Source: an uncultured Bacilli bacterium (lineage in GTDB: Bacteria > Bacillota_I > Bacilli_A > RF39 > UBA660). Taken from it: a stretch of DNA of 64,000 bases. The stretch spans positions 77,446 to 141,445 of the forward strand of contig CAKOKN010000002.1 in assembly GCA_934091055.1 (NCBI GenBank), read 5' to 3'. Under the pieces are notes generated by a model. The model was given only the letters and a program-made list of their open reading frames with translations. It did no database searches and was not told where the DNA came from. Position numbers and translations under genes: made by a program. Below are positions 63,780-64,000 of the stretch, in pieces (within the stretch, counting starts at the first letter, position 1; every line of letters starts with the position of its first letter).

Positions 63780-64000
63780 ATGAATAAAAAAGGATTTACA
63801 TTAATAGAACTACTAGCAGTAATAGTTGTTATTGGCATAGTGGGAATAATAGTAGTACCAAGTGCTCTTAATATTGCTGATAAGAGTAAGGAAGCATCAT
63901 ATCAAATACTAGTAAAAAACATAGTAACAGCCGCAGAAAACTACTACCAAGAGTGTGAGTATGGTGGTTTAAGTGATACTTCTAAATATAAAAATTATTG
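63780..64000 (+). CDS. type IV pilin/pseudopilin, N-terminal part (3' end outside window)
   Basis: MNKKGFTLIELLAVIVVIGIVG prepilin signal; the frame is open to the window end. Confidence 0.7.
   Translation, partial: MNKKGFTLIELLAVIVVIGIVGIIVVPSALNIADKSKEASYQILVKNIVTAAENYYQECEYGGLSDTSKYKNY

Noticed and set aside
1-64000. Screened for rRNA, tRNA, CRISPR arrays, IS elements/transposases, integrases and prophage modules
   Set aside because: I saw no tRNA T-arm signatures (GGTTCGAATCC-like), no regularly spaced direct-repeat array, and no transposase, integrase or phage structural ORFs in the track. The apparent ~10-kb spacing of the four hairpin-element loci is treated as coincidence until genome-wide data are available.

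Overview
Strongly AT-rich, gene-dense chromosomal segment of a low-GC, endospore-forming Firmicute (Clostridia/Erysipelotrichia-like; the exact taxon cannot be determined from the sequence alone). It opens in the origin-proximal block rnpA-yidC-jag-mnmE-mnmG-rsmG-parB, and almost all genes run on the + strand. Core content: envelope genes (murA, ltaS, cwlD, a LysM amidase, a VanY-type peptidase, htrA, lspA), the t6A genes tsaE-tsaB-rimI-tsaD, pcrA, rnj, the rimP-nusA-ylxR-infB-rbfA-nrnA-truB operon followed by mutL-miaA, and sporulation genes (spoIIR, sigG, ylmC/ymxH). There is also an agr-type quorum-sensing locus: a LytTR regulator and AgrC-like kinase convergent with agrB and a 38-codon agrD that is missing from the ORF track. 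Accessory content: a cadC-cadA metal-efflux cassette, an Abi_2 abortive-infection gene, a DUF4143 ATPase cassette, a GNAT/MazG-like/HipA-like block and a ParB-fold+GNAT pair. I recognised no rRNA, tRNA, CRISPR array, IS element or prophage. The most interesting unexplained signals are: (1) a dispersed ~85-nt intergenic element of three tandem hairpins with covarying stems and an invariant apical core AG-CCTAAGGT-CT, at four loci in the same orientation, three of them at the upstream edge of accessory blocks; (2) three tandem paralogous, highly charged ORFs inserted between infB and rbfA; (3) a ~600-nt ORF-free region with a consensus promoter, long-range complementarity, a strong terminator and two inverted DnaA boxes; (4) three 10-bp-phased Spo0A-box-like repeats upstream of an orphan histidine kinase; (5) a MazG-like/HipA-like bicistron with no HipB-type partner. 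All functional calls come from motif recognition by eye; no database search was possible.
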